NCBI GenBank assembly: GCA_028534125.1
Contig: CM052818.1
Coordinates: 14,882,001 to 14,946,000, forward strand
Origin: Lama glama
Lineage: Eukaryota
DNA length: 64,000 nt
Direction of reading: 5' to 3'
Within the stretch, counting starts at the first letter, position 1. Each line of letters starts with the position of its first letter. The notes beneath the pieces were generated by a model that worked only from the letters and a program-made list of their open reading frames with translations, was not told where the DNA came from and searched no databases. This document shows positions 13,501-28,500 of the stretch, piece after piece. A program made the translations under genes and the position numbers.

Positions 13501-16500
13501 TATGCTCCGTATTAATGCATTTATTGTCAGTGTTCACATAAAACATTACACTGAACACAAAGCTTATTGACGAAGTAATCTTAGTGAAGGGAGAAGTATG
13601 AAGAATTATTTTACTGACATCCTTGAAGGAAAGTAAAGATATATCTGCATACTTGGATTTCAATGTCATCTTTCAAATAAGAGTATTAGAATGACTTTAT
13701 ACTATAATTTTCTGGATTGTCATTCATATTCTTCTATTGTTATCTCCTTTCTGAATAATTCTGCACTTGATCTGTGATACTGTTCTGTGTTTCCTATTTT
13801 CTCCTTGGTTATATTTTTGCTTGGTTGTTTCTGTGAGAAAGACAGAATGTGAGAAGCTTAGCTCTTAAATGTCATTTTAAATTAAAAGAAAAAAAATTCA
13901 AGCTCCTCTTGTTTTTGCTATTTCATTATTAAATAGGGAAAATCCCATTTTCTTTCTGATATTCAATAAGAGCAAAAACATCTGGATATTTATGATCTTA
14001 CATAAGCAATGAGCTAGAACTTGTGTTTTAGGAGCCACAAAATTAGTGATTGGCATCAGCCTTGTTTAGTTAATGTTGCTGCTTTTTCTCACAGTTTTTC
14101 TTGTTGGCAGCTTGATGTTGTGTTAAAATATGAATATTTAATATAATAAATCTACAGTGTTAATTATGTTAGAATTTTGTCGGTATTTGGGTCTAGAATT
14201 ATGGTCTAAATTGGGATGCGAACATGGATTTCATTTCAGCAGAAAGACGTGTTCCCAATTAATTTGATAATATACCTTAGGTCTGTGCAGTTTTTTTTTT
14301 TTATTTAAAATAGAGTTGACCAATATTAATATGTTAGTTTTAAATATACTACATTGTGATTTGACATTTGCATACATTATGAATCTATACTGTTTATTGA
14401 AAGATTATCTTGAGACAGGTTTCAAGGCCAAGTTATAGTCCTTTATTCCCAGGGTTGTTCAACTTGATAAGGTGAATGCTGGCTTTTTTCCTCATGCCTT
14501 CCTCCCTTCCAGGTTATATTGTTTGGGTGGTTGTTTTATGTTTTTGTTATAGGTTAAGAAAAAAGATTTTTTTCTCTTGAGTCAAAATATGGTCAAATAT
14601 AATAATCATTCAAAACATTTAGAAGTAATTAACAAAATACTTAAATCCATTTATGTAACTCTTACCTCTTTATTTCCTGCAATGAAAAACTGACTTCTTG
14701 ATTCATTTAAGGAGTGATTTTTATATGCTTGATGTTACCACTCTTGGTTATTTTAAGATGACAATCTTAGTGACGAGTTGGTTAACTTTGGAGAGTAAAC
14801 GATACTGTTACTCTAAATTGAAAGATATCTTTTCCATTTTCTAAGTTGGTGTCAGTAAGTTTCCCTTTGTTCAGTAGAGTGTCTTAAATTGATTTGTATG
14901 AGGTTCATCTGAGAATGGATTTTGACTTTTATTTAGAGATAGAATTGATTTTTGCCAGCAGGATGAATGCGGACAATGTTAGAGATTTATATGTAGACTT
15001 GGGCATGTTAACCCCTCGATTTCATGGTATAATGTGGGTACTGATATTTTTGCCTCCCCTCCCCCAATTTTTGCACAGGGTGGACCAAGTAAGCTAGTGC
15101 AAAAACACTTGGCTGGATTGTTTAATAGCATCACGTCTTTTTACCATCCTTCAAATAATGGCCGCTGGCTGGTGAGTATGTTCATTTTTCACTCTTAGGG
15201 TTTGGCGTTTTAAAAAATATGATCACATGTAACTGTTCCCTGTTGCATAACCTATGATATATTTTCTGTCCTTCTTATATAAGCTTTGACCTATGTCAGT
15301 GATTAAGTTCACATTAAATTACAGTGTTCACAGAACATACAGAAATAAAGATAATACTAGTGTGATGACTCGTGACAAAATGGCACAAAAGCATGGGATC
15401 ATTTTTTCAATTTTACTGTGTTCGTTTTGTTATAGTTTTTAAGTTGCTTGGTTAAAATGGCTTTTCATGTAATGGAAGATTCATATGATACTAGAAATTA
15501 AAACTGAAATTTGAAACATGTTATTAATTATTATCAACGATTAATTGATAAGAATGTTTTATTCTATCTAGTTAGGCTGTTCAAGTCTTTGTAATAAGAT
15601 TAGACGAGCTGTTATTTTAAAAACCTTTGCTTGAGAGGTTAGAGAGGCACCGTGAATATCTCTGTGGGAAACGGAACCTACTTAGGACCTTCTGCTTCTG
15701 TGTCCCCAGAACAAGTTAATGAAACTACTTCAGCGGTTGCCAAACAGTGTTGTTAGAAGATTACATCGTGAAAGATACAAGAAGCCTTCTTGGTTAACTC
15801 CTGTGCCTGATAGCCATAAGCTGACTGATCAAGATGTTACAGACTTTGTCCAGTGCATTATTCAACCTGTCCTCTTGGCTATGTTTAGCAAAACTGGTAG
15901 TTTAGAAGCAGCCCAGGCTCTGCAGAACCTTGCACTCATGAGACCTGAGATGGTAATACCCCCTGTACTTGAAAGGTAAGTGCAGCTTTGCGTGTTCCAT
16001 TGAAGCCTCAGCCGAGGCTACGTTTATTCTGGTTATCTCTTTGCTCTTCTGCTTGGTTTTCTTCTTTGTGTCTTCTGTTTTGCTATCTCGGTGCTTATTC
16101 CTGTTCCTAGACATTTTAACCTAATTATTGGTAACTTTATAAAGGTTTATTGGAGGGACAAGAATACTGACATGAAAAGGGTAAAATAAGTATTTTGAAT
16201 TATTTGCTCATTTTAGTTACTCAAGTTTTTGCTGATAAAGCTCTGGCTTTTTTTTTTTTTTTTTTGAGTGTCACTTAATATTGAGAACACAGCGGTGAAA
16301 AGTGATTTTGGATTTCTGTTAATTTCTTTGATCAGTGGTAGCAGAGAAACTTTGGTTATCAATTATTTTCATACATTGTATAATCTTGTGTGTATTTCCA
16401 CAGTGTAGGTTTTACTGCATTCATTTTGTTTTGTATGTTGAAATAGTAACAAAAATAGTTTTCCATTTGCCTAGCCACTCAGGAGCAGATTGCTTAAGCT

Positions 16501-19500
16501 TTCTGTTACTCCTCCGCTGCCTGAACTTAAGCTTTGTGAGACGTCTCTAGATGTCTTTGTCAAAAGTAGAAGAAAAAAGTTGGTTTTTGGAAACCAGAAG
16601 GATCTAAGAATTTGAGTTTCATAAAGCTCTTTAGATTTGTCCAGGGTCCTAACTGACAGAATGTAGATGACGGCCTGTGTTCTGACTCACTGTTGAGACA
16701 GGAAAATTGGTGACATTTACTTGGAGAAGCATATCCTGTTAAAGATCTTTGCTGAAATGGGGCTCTGTTATTGGTAAATTTGAGTTGCTTGTGCTAACTT
16801 GCCCTACCCTCTTTGCTTAAATATGTAAATTGTACCTTGCTTTCCCGACCTCCCCTTGCTCTTTGTGTGTACACGTCTTGGGGCCCTGAAACTTCCAGCA
16901 CATGTAACTTAAGTAGGAAATGGAATGGGGAAGTTAGACAGCTTCTGCTCTGTCTTCAGCCCGCAGTGTTCTTTGCTACCTGGCCTCTGTGTGATAGCAG
17001 AAGCTGGTAGTCAGTGGCAGGTCCCTTGATGTTCCTTGAAGAGAAGAGACTTGCCTCTAAGGAGGGACTTCAAATGTTTGCATAATTAAAATTATAAACT
17101 TTGAGAAGTTTTGGTGTTTCTTTATTTCCTCTTGTTTTGCCTTATTTCAGTGTTTTCCAGCAGAAGAATTATGAATAGTGAGAAGGTAAATTTTTAGTAG
17201 AAGTTAACAAGGCTTATGAATACAAATAAAATTATCGCTCATGTTTTTCTTTAGTTCTCACTTTTTTTTTTTTTTTTTTAGTTCTCACTTTTTTGACAAA
17301 TTTAATATCAACATATTGAGTGGTTGGTTGCTTGGCCAAAATAAATATTTAATTGACAAATTGACAATGCAGTGACAGTGTTTGAGACCCTTTTAGTTGT
17401 GATTTTTCCTGTTTAGAAGTGGCATGAGTACAATTTTTTTTTGAATTTTTTTTTCTTCTTCTATAAAAGCAAATGTCTTTTAAAAAGTAAGAATGTGGAG
17501 GAAAAATTTTAGGCAGTTTTGTGTCTCCTGAAGACAACCTCTGTTAGAGAGTTTGGTTTGTTTTATTCATCTTTTAAAATAAACATACATTCGGTTATTT
17601 TTAAAAACCTAGTTATAAATCCTCCTTTTGTCTACTTTTAATGGAATTTTTCTTAAAATTTTCCTTTTCTATATAGAGGAATTTTAAATGACAGCATTTT
17701 AGATTTGTTTCCCCTTTAGGATAGATTCTCAAAAGCTAAATCATTAGGTCATAGAGTTAATGTTCTTGGCTCTTAAATACTTAATTAGTGATCAAAGATT
17801 GCATTTGTCTTGCTCCCCCTAATGTATTCACTCTAGTGTCAGGAATATTCGTTTATGCTTATGATAGCTGATTTCTAACTTTGAAGTACAAGCTTTAAAA
17901 AAGTATAAAATAGACATTTCAGCATTTTAGTAAGATTGTTTTTCCTGTGAAAGGGAGGGGTGGAGTAGTTGTAACTTGTTATTCCTGAATTCCCAAAATT
18001 ACTGACCATTAAATTAGGTGTAGTTCTGCTGGAATGTGGAAATGAATTAAGATGGTTGAAATAATGCACAGTTTACCAGTTTATTTTTCACTGTGGAGTT
18101 TGCATGGAGAAAAGTGGTGGGATGGCAGGGGATTGGGGAAACATTTACCTTTCCTTTATTTGTGTCATTTGGTTAACTTTAAGAGCAAATAATAGTCAAC
18201 TCAAAATATTCTGTTAACTGTGAACCTTTAATCTAAAATGCAACTTATGAATTTAGTATATTTAATGTATTATATATGTTTACCTGTGATGGAAATTTCT
18301 TAATACTCTGTTTTCAAACTGTAGAACATACCCTGCACTAGAGACTTTAACAGAACCTCACCAGCTCACAGCTACTTTAAGTTGTGTAATTGGAGTAGCC
18401 CGCAGTTTGGTATCAGGTGGCAAATGGTTTCCTGAAGGTCCCACACACATGCTACCTCTGTTGATGAGAGCATTGCCTGGGGTGGATCCAAATGACTTTA
18501 GTAAATGCATGGTGAGCATATTTATGGTTTTGCTTTGTATCTAAGTTAAAATTGTGTAAATGGACATCTTGTTAATTTTTCTTCAAATATTCTTTAGAAT
18601 ATAGTACAGTGTAAAATGTATTAATGGTAAGAATTGTATCTATAGGTGCCCAAGTTAGATCTGTGGATGGTTAGTTGATCTATGTAACATCTTCCTTCAA
18701 AAGTAACTTGCTGTAACCTGTATTCATGTATGATACTACGATGTTTTACAGCTCATTGTATATTTGTTGTTTTCCTTAGGCAAAGGCATTAAAAATCATA
18801 ACATCTGATCATTTGCACTTCCCTTCATCTACACTGGTGACAAGGAGCATAATAAAAATTACTGGGTCTAAAATGCCAGATCCCACTTACACACACGTCT
18901 TCGCCTGACTTAAACATTGTTTACCTTCCCTCTTCCCTGGCCTTTAGCTTCTGTGTTAGCATTTATATTTACCTTTAGTTTAATGTTCTATTTTCAGTGG
19001 GAGGCAAAGTAACTTCTCAGTGATAAAAGGTTGGAGAACTTTGTGCTTAAACCTAATAAATAACTATATGGAAATACAGTTTAGTATAACTTCATTACTC
19101 AAGTAACAGCTAATTAATAGTGAGGGACCTTAAAATGTTCAATTAAAAGCAAAAAACTTCCAGAAAGGCTGTTGTGGATCTTCCCTCAGGATAATTTATT
19201 TGGGTCCTTTATTGTAGCTTAATGTATACTTATAATTTTACTAGAATTATATAAATTAATTTTAAATCATTTCATCTTTCTACAGATCACATTCCAGTTT
19301 ATAGCAACATTTTCCACTCTGGTGCCTTTAGTAGATTGTTCATCTGTACTGCAAGAAAGAGATGACCTCACAGAAGTAAGGATGCTTTCTGGTTGTAAAA
19401 GGATTGGTTAACTGAGTTCTTATGGTATATGGTTAGTAATACTTCATAGTTTAAATGCAACTTCGAGAGATGCTAACAAATTTAAATTACTATTTGGTGA

Positions 19501-22500
19501 CTAGAATGACATAAATGGAGGGCCAGGTCATCATTGGTAAGATAATCTGCAGAGCACACACCAAAGGAGGTGGGTCAGAAATAGGCTATTTTTGTAAACA
19601 ACTGACACGTTGAGGTGTATTTCAATATTTTTTTTTCACTTTTGAATGTTTTTTTAAGCAGAAGTAGTGGCATTTTGTTTTTCCATCTTACGTTAGGAAT
19701 AAATCTGTTGGAGTTTGGCAACTAACACAAATTTTTATTACTCTCTGGTATTTTTTTAAGAACTATTTTCTTTACTGCAATCATATCAGTGCTTGCTGTA
19801 TACACCAGCAGTTTGAAAACTGTTAGTAAACTGTTTGAAAATTGGTAGTAAAAATGGCTGCCTGACTTTTGCCCTTACAGAATACATTAATTACTTCTTA
19901 TTTTGGTTCCTGGAAAGTGGTAGATGAGTTATTCTAAATTGATACAGGTTTATAGTGCTATTTCTCACAGTGCTCAGTGCTCAATATGATAATGTAGTGT
20001 TAGCTATATTTTGTAGATTGTAATTGAGTTTTGCTTGAGAAAAAAATGAAAGACTATTTTTAATTTTTCTCCACATTGACATGTTACAGGTGGAACGAGA
20101 ACTTTGTTCAGCCACAGCTGAATTTGAGGATTTCGTCTTACAGTTTATGGACAGGTGAGCAAGTACCCTAGACCTGCCCTGTATCTGACATTCAAAAAAA
20201 TGACTGTCATGTTGCAGCAACTGAAGTCTCTCTCTGCATTGCAACCTGCATTTAACTACTACCTAAGATCGGTGCTTCTGAAGTTAGAAAAGGCCAGTTG
20301 ATTTTTGAGCCGTGGACAAATTAAGTATCTATCTCTTGAACAGTCATGACAATAGATATTTATCTAATCATCATCAGAAAATGTTTAACCAGTTTTTAAT
20401 TGCTGAAATTTTACTTTCTTTGGGTTGTTTAGATGCTTTGGACTTATAGAAAGTAGCACTTTGGAGCAAACAAGAGAAGAGACAGAAACTGAGAAAATGA
20501 CTCACTTGGAGAGTTTGGTCGAATTAGGTCTGTCTTCTACGTTCAGTACAATCCTCACACAATGTTCCAAAGAAATATTTATGGTAAGAGTGCGTTGCTG
20601 CAAAAAATAATATTCCAATCTAGTAGTTTTATTTGCTGTTTTAAAAATCGAACTTTAAGTTACTTTAAGTGTACATATCATGCTATCCTTTCTTGCCATA
20701 CTAAAATTTGAAGAAGACCCAGAGTTGATCCTCATTATTTGAAGATTCTGTATTTGCAAAGTCACCTACTTGCTAAAATTTATTTGTAACCTCAGAATTG
20801 GTACTCTCATCGTTTTTGTGCACACTTAAAAAAGTGGCAAAAATTTGAGTTGTGTTCAGCTGAGGTTAAATAAGGTGACGCTCTGCCTTGTTCCACTTCT
20901 CATACTGTAAACGAGTGTCCTGTTTTCATCTGTTTAGTACCAGGCCTTTCACATTTTTGTATTTTTTAGTAATTTTGCTGTTTAAAATGATCCTCAAGAA
21001 TAATGCTAAAGCACTCTCTAATGTTTTAAAAGTAAGAGAATTGTGATGGGCCCAATGAAGAAAGTAACATGTTTTAGGTGAGCTTCGTTCAGACATTACA
21101 GTGCTGTTAGCTACGAGTTCAAAGTTAGTGAATCAACAATAATATTAAATAAGTTGTTTTTATACAGAAACATATATAAAACAAGATTATATATCCATCA
21201 GTTGATGAAAATACAACCAGAGGCTTAAGGGAACTTAATCCTGTATTCCCCCTAGGAATGGTGGTTCAATATTAGTTGCTGATTCAGTGCTCACAGTGAC
21301 CTATAGAACAGAACTCCTACAAATAACAGAAACTGACTGTAGTTTTTAAATTTACAGTTAAATACTATTTGGGAGGAAATTTTTAAAAGTTGTTCATGCT
21401 GTCTTATGATAGAAATTAAATCCTAAATGTAAAAATCTGGCAAACTGATGAATGAGAAATAGTTTGTCCTCATAAGGCATTCTGTAAGCATCTGCTTATT
21501 CAGTGTTGGTTAATACCTGTTAAATACAGTGTGGTCTTTATTTCCATTTTTCTGTTTTACCACTCTATTTCAGTTTCTGTTTCTTCTGTCTTCATCTGAG
21601 ATTATCATTGTTCAGTATATTTATCCTGGTTAAAAGCTAAACTGCTTTACAGCTGCATGAAATATTTACTAAGATTATGTTAGTATAAAGAAGTTAATGC
21701 AAATAATTTCTTATTTAATCAAAATCTTTTGAAAGGAGTTTATAATTTTCAGCATTGTTAATTCACATTTAGAGTGCATTCTTTCATTCAGCAATTAAGT
21801 TAAAATTCTGTAAATTGATTGTAAAATTAAATAGAATGCTTCAAGTCTTTCAGAGGAGAGAGAAATATTTATAGTTGACAGTTGTCAGAATGACAAACTG
21901 AATATTAGATATTCCCCCAAATTCCCTTTGTTTTATTGGATTAGCCAATAAGATAATTAAATTGCACTTGCTTCCGGCAGCTCTAATTTTGTGTTTAACA
22001 TTTCTGTAGAAACAAAATCTTGTGCCTCAAATGTTCTGTTCACTTTAGGGTCTCGTGCAAAGGTTGTTTGTAGACTGAATGTAACGTTTTAAGCAAATCC
22101 TTATACATTCATATGGCTAAAATTTTCCTACTTGGTTACTTTTAGTATTGTCTGAATATCGTTTTCTTTCATAAGACGTTTAATTGTCTTAAAAATACTG
22201 ATTAGGACGTTTTCATTTCTTACATGTCTTTTAACAGGTGGCCCTTCAGAAGGTTTTTAATTTTTCTATTTCACATATATTTGAAACAAGAGTAGCAGGC
22301 CGCATGGTGGCAGACATGTGCCGTGCTGCTGTAAAGGTGAGTTGGGTTTTTTGACTGCTGAATTAATGAATCAATAACCATCAGGTTTATGATTAATCAT
22401 TTTAGGCATGCTTTTTATACTTAAAATACACATTTCTTTCAGTAGCTGCTTGTTGCCCTTATTTGCCGCTGAAAATAGTGCTAGTGTATACTTTGTGACT

Positions 22501-25500
22501 GTTAAATATTTGTGCCTTTCAAAAAACTTATTTATACAAATGTGTTTTCAGTGCTGCCCAGAGGAATCTTTGAAACTATTCGTTCCCCACTGCTGCAGTG
22601 TTATAACTCAGCTTACAATGAGTAAGTTTTAAGGTTATTATTCTGTATGTATAATTTTAGAAAAATTTTTCCCTGGTTTTTAGACTCTGTTGGTAAAAAC
22701 AGATTTTAACAGATTTTAACAAAGTATCATCCAGTTTGACAGGTAGCTTTAAGAAAGTTTACTTCATTAAATTAATGTCTTCATACATACAGGAGCCGGT
22801 CAGAGGCTGCCATCAAAAATATCACTTATTTTATGAGATACGTAGGGCCAGGTCTCCTGGGTGATGTGTTTATTTTTCTTGAAAATTGAGTTTTTACTTC
22901 CTTTCTACCAAGTCCAGCTTATTGAAGAAGGAATGAAAAGTCTTTCTAAAAGATACTTTTCCCAGCTATTAGAATTATTAGATACAAATATTTTTAAATG
23001 ATGCATTTAGTTGGATTCATTTTTTTTCTCCTGATACTATTTTGCCATTTTTAGATGATGATGTATTAAATGATGAAGAGCTAGACAAGGAGTTACTCTG
23101 GAATCTTCAACTTTTGTCTGAGGTATTGTAAATCTTTGGAGTAAGAAAATAGTACTATGAAAATGTTGACATGCTTTGAGGATTTATCCTGTTTTTTGAG
23201 AAATAGACTTTAAAACATGAAAAGTCATATAAGTTATAAAAATTTCTTGATATGGCTGCAAAAAGTCAGATGATATTTTGTTATCAAAGGTGTGTGGTAA
23301 TTGTTCACCACTTCATGCACAACACGCAACTTGACTTGTTACTGATTAATTCTAATGTGCGTAACTCATTAATTGAAAAGTTTATCAGATTTGGCTGTTT
23401 TTCTCCTCCCTGTACATTCTAAGTTTGGCCATCAATCAGACTTGCATCTCCCTTATGGGTTAGTTCAGGAACCAAAGAACAGAGAAACCCAACTAAGTTA
23501 GTTTTGTCTTTTTGAAAGGATGTTACTCTGGCCCATGAGAGCCTAAACTTAGGAAATGTGGTTTGAACTCAAAAAAATTAACTGTTAGAATATAATTAAA
23601 ATGGCAATTCTGAAATGAATTAAAGTTATTTTAAGAAACACTGTTATTACTTTAGGCTACTTTAGTGGCCAGGCATTGACTTTAATGATTAATTCGATCT
23701 TTTAACCACAGTATCTTCAATGGTTTTCTTCTTTTCAGATTACTCGAGTGGATGGGAAGAAGTTGCTTCTTTATAGGGAGCAGCTTGTAAAGATTCTCCA
23801 AAGAACCCTACATTTAACCTGTAAGCAGGGTTACACTCTGTCTTGTAACCTTTTGCATCACCTCCTTCGTTCTACCACACTTATCTACCCTACAGAATAC
23901 TGCAGTGTGCCAGGCGGCTTTGACAAGCCTCCTTCAGAATACTTTCCTATCAAGGCAAGCATTTTCAATAATTTAGGATTCCCACGTGATTGGGTTATTT
24001 TTCTAAGGGATTCAAAGTGTGGGGTTTTTTTTTTCCCTTGTTGTGTATAAAGATGTTGCTTCTTTATTTTTAACGTAGATCATTAAAACTGTTACTGAAA
24101 TGTTTTGAACTTGGGAAGTGCCGTGTAGCACTGCAGCTCACTGTCGTTTTCTTCTTTTCTGTTTGTATGTGAAATGACTTATCTAGTGTGTGCCATATCT
24201 CACCTGCATAGTTTCATATAGTTTGGGGTGGGGAGTAACCACATACATTTATTGTTATTATAATACGCTCATTTGAGTGACTTCAGGGAGACCTTTTTTC
24301 AGGAGTGATAATGAAGGGATAATTTAATGTTTTCATGCTGTTCTTTTTTTGTGCATTATTTGCTACTTTTTAAATTACGCATGTACTGTTTTTAACTTTT
24401 CAACTTGCTGAACAAATGCTGTGTTCTAGGACTGGGGTAAACCAGGGGACTTGTGGAATCTGGGAATCCAGTGGCATGTTCCTTCTTCTGAAGAAGTGGC
24501 TTTTGCCTTCTATCTGTTGGACTCTTTTCTTCAGCCTGAGCTCATCAAACTCCAGCGTTGTGGGGATGGAGAACTTGAAATGTCTAGGTTAGTTTTTTTT
24601 TTGTAATCAATTAATGTTATATGGTTGCATACGAAAAAATTCTTCTTGTGTCTTTCCCTCTCATTTTCAGTGTGTGGTCTGAATACCTGCCATAAGTGTA
24701 ATTAGAAAACCGTTTAATATAGTGTTGTATAACAGAAATTTTGTCATGTATTTAAACATTTTAAATAGAAAAACTTTTTTTTTTTTTTTAGTGTAGTCCC
24801 TTCTACTTAGCAGTTCCACTTGTGTATCTTTTGGGAAATGTGTGTAAATATACTTCCTTTGAAAGGAAATGCCTGTTTTTCAAAGTTCACCTTAGATTTT
24901 TTTGGCTTGTTTCTTTTCATAATTGACATTAATGTCACTCAGAAAAATAGCTGTAAGATTATTCTTTTTCTCTTCTGAAGAGCTTTTAACAGAAAACAAT
25001 TATTTGAGACCATTAGACTTTCATAGTTTCAATCTATGAAAGTTCCTAAATAATGGTAAGAAAATTACTGTGTTCCCAAAAAAAACCAGGAAATTTTAAT
25101 AAGCGAATCCAGTAGGAATGGGTTTGAAGGAGGAAGAAATATGATTGACTTATGTTGACCAAATGGCACCCTGAACTGCCTTTTTGGAGTGAATGTTTAG
25201 CTAGTCCCTTTTGAAAGATGGACTATGCTGGAAGATCTTGTGTGATGCTGTTTCCCTTTTGGTTACTGGTAGTGATCTTTGGGTAAACAGGTGATTATAT
25301 TTAGAAATGTTTCACAAAGGGCAGTCAGTTGTTAACTGTGATTATTTAGAGTCTGTTTAAATGTGAGCAGGTTTAATATTATCAGTAAATACCTGTTTAA
25401 TGACGTACTATTAAGTGGGTAAGTTGAAGACATTTGTCATTTCTTTGCCTTAATTTTGTATATCTCCACTTGATAAAGTTGTACTTCATCTTAGACTGTA

Positions 25501-28500
25501 GAAGGCTTTTTGTTAAATAGGGATTTGGAATCTTCTAAAGTATGCAAATGATTTGTATTTTTTTCTAGAGATGACGTTCTACAGAGTCTGACTATAGTAC
25601 ACAACTGTTTAATTGGCTCAGGAAACCTCCTACCTCCATTGAAAGGAGAGCCAGTTACTAACTTGTAAGTAAAAATAACTACTTTACATATTTTGCTATT
25701 TTGCCATTTGGCATATATTTTAAGACTTAGTCACATAATGAGTCACTGGTTTTGTTTTTGATGTTGTTTCTGTATCACTTTAACCTTCTTGTCATTATTA
25801 GGCCAAAAATCCCTGAGACCCAGTTTAGGTCTATAAACTTTGAGGCTTTATTCAGATTTTTATAAGGTACCAGGATAAAATAATTCTCAGTATTAATTAG
25901 TTTTAAAAAGTTAGCTTAGAGCTATTAAGTTCATCTGTTAGTTTACTGAGTTAATTAATTAAATATTCTTCTTTTTAAAAAGTAAGAAAACCACTTTTTT
26001 GGTCTGAAGTCAATGTTAAGGATTTTATAGCAAATAACCTGGGGTATATTTTAATAAAAATTTATTCAGTGTAACTCATTATAATTTTGAACTTTTTAGA
26101 TCCACCAAGTTGCTTTTATGAATTTAAGTGTATTTCACAGTATTAGTATTTTGAATAAATGTCTTGATTTAGTCCACTGTCAGTGCTACCATTTAAGTTG
26201 AAAACAAAATTGAGTTTAAATGAAGTTAGCAGTTTGTAACTTTAGATCAGTTATTAGTAGATAGATGCTAGTTTCAGTGTACTATCTTAGATCATTTTCT
26301 CTCAGCATCAACATCTCATTCCTGAGCAGGTTAATGAAAATCACATAAAAATGAGTAATAACCCTGCCCCCTCAGAAAACACAAAAGGGAGAATTATTTG
26401 TTGATTTCGCAACAAAAATCTTAAAAAGCTTCAAGGAGTGGTTTTTAAATGTGGCTTGCTTGTCTTTCCCATATTTTGCATAATCAGTTGTTTGGAGTCA
26501 TACTTTTTTTAATAACTGCTACTTCACTCTAAAAGCTGTTACCAGGAATTGAACTTTAGATTGCTCATTAGATTTAAGAGGGAGAGAAAGGGTCATTTCA
26601 GGTGAGGAGCTCTGTTGTAAGTTTACTTAGGAAGTTGCTGAAATCTATTAAGAAACTTTTGTTTTTCGTCAGTTTTGTAGTTTGATATAAGAGCAATTTT
26701 ACCAAAATTCACTTTTATCGAGAGAGATTTTAAGCAATATTTAAAAATGAGAGACCTACAGAAATGGTTTTGATTTTCCTAATGATCTTTAACAGTATGT
26801 AATATATTAAGACCTTAACTCTTATGGCATGTTAAAACGCTATTCCACACATAACACATTTATTATATCTGTAAACTTGGTTTTGCTGGAACGTGTTGAG
26901 AAGTGTAGTCCTTTAATCCAGTAATTTATTTAAGAGCAAAATCATCTATTTTCCATGTATATAATTAGATGACTTTTTAGTATTGAATCATGATTAGGAT
27001 ACAACACTGAAAGATCAGCTCAGGAGGCTTACAGGTTTTTGTGACTTTCAGCATGTAGCCATGTGCACTATGATAGTGAATTGAAGCAAAGTCTTTATCC
27101 TTTGAAATAAATGTGCATTAGGACAAAAGTTCAATATATTTGGTTATTATAAAGCCCATTATGTTTGTATATAATGAAATGCACTTTCAATAAGGAAAAC
27201 AATACCATACTATAAAAACTTTATGAATGCCAGTAAATAAGCAGATTGATAGCCTTCATTACTATACATTATGAGATATAAAATTGACCTGAGTATCCCT
27301 TTGTAGGTTTTTTCCAGAAAAGTTGAAAAGTAAAGATAATTTAGATTTAAAAGTGTTGTGTTTTAGAATTTTCACTTAGAGTCAAAATTTTAATATAATG
27401 AAACAATGAAATAATACAAAATTATGTTTAATATAATTTTGTTTATATATTTTGATATATTTTAAATTATAAATATAATTTTTCTTGTATACTTGATAGT
27501 ATATAATAATGAAATAAAATACAAAACAATGGGAACTCCAGTTGTTTTAGTCATTGCGTAATTCACAACTTGAGGGTACTTTAGTAATATGCACCTATGC
27601 AGAATAATGATTATACAAAGCAGAGTTAGAGATGCATGAGCGGCCCTTTGCCTTTGAATTGTCAAAAGAGGGAGTTTATAAAGTCTTCCCTGGGCTTTTA
27701 AATAATTCTTTGTTGAATCCTTTCTTTCAAAACCAATTTCTAACTTATATCACCTTCATCTGAAATTTTCAGTTATTTTGGCAATGCGTGTTTTTTTACA
27801 TTTATTTTCTTTTATAACATTTCAACTTTTTTTGCAGATGGTAAATTGGTTCTCACCAAAGTATCATAAAATAAACTTAGCCTTTTAAATTTCTAAAATG
27901 CTTACTCTCATATAGGTCAGTAATCATTAAAATCTAAATGTAAATTGATTTGAAAAATTAATCATAATTTCAGTTGATGGTGCCATTGTTCCGTGATATT
28001 GAATCATACTGCCTAGTGGGAAGAAAGATCTGGAGCATAATTCTTGGAGATTATCAGTAACAGGTCAACATGAAACTAGTAGTAGTAGACGAAAAGAACT
28101 CTTTACTTTGGAAATTAATTACCCCAAAGGAGATAGAGTAAGATGTACCAAGTTGGGGAGAAAAGGATAAACTGTGACCAGTGCTTTAGTGCCTAAGATG
28201 TCTAAGGAAGTCATTCTCGTCAATAATAATTTGGCTGTGGTATTATGGGACATTATGCATTTTCTGAAATACCAGACCAGTTTTTGGAAGCACATAGCAA
28301 CTCAGTTTTTTGTTTTTTGTTTTTTTTTTTAATTTAAACATATTTTTCTTATATAAATCTCAGGTAAAACATTCTAGCTACTTTAATCTTTTTTTTGTCA
28401 AATCACTCATTAATAAGTTTGCCTTACACGTGTATGAATAGTATTAGTCTTCTGGAAAATTACCGCAATAAAAAAACCAGGAGCTTAGTTTAGTTCTGAA

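Noticed and set aside
26306..26329. 24-nt in-frame microexon candidate
   Set aside because: Short tract with a competing upstream AG and a weak gttaat donor; indistinguishable from chance.
28335..28370. Recursive splice site (ctcag|gtaaaa), and tttcag|gtgagg near 26600
   Set aside because: The pyrimidine tracts are poor and the intron is far shorter than typical recursively spliced vertebrate introns.
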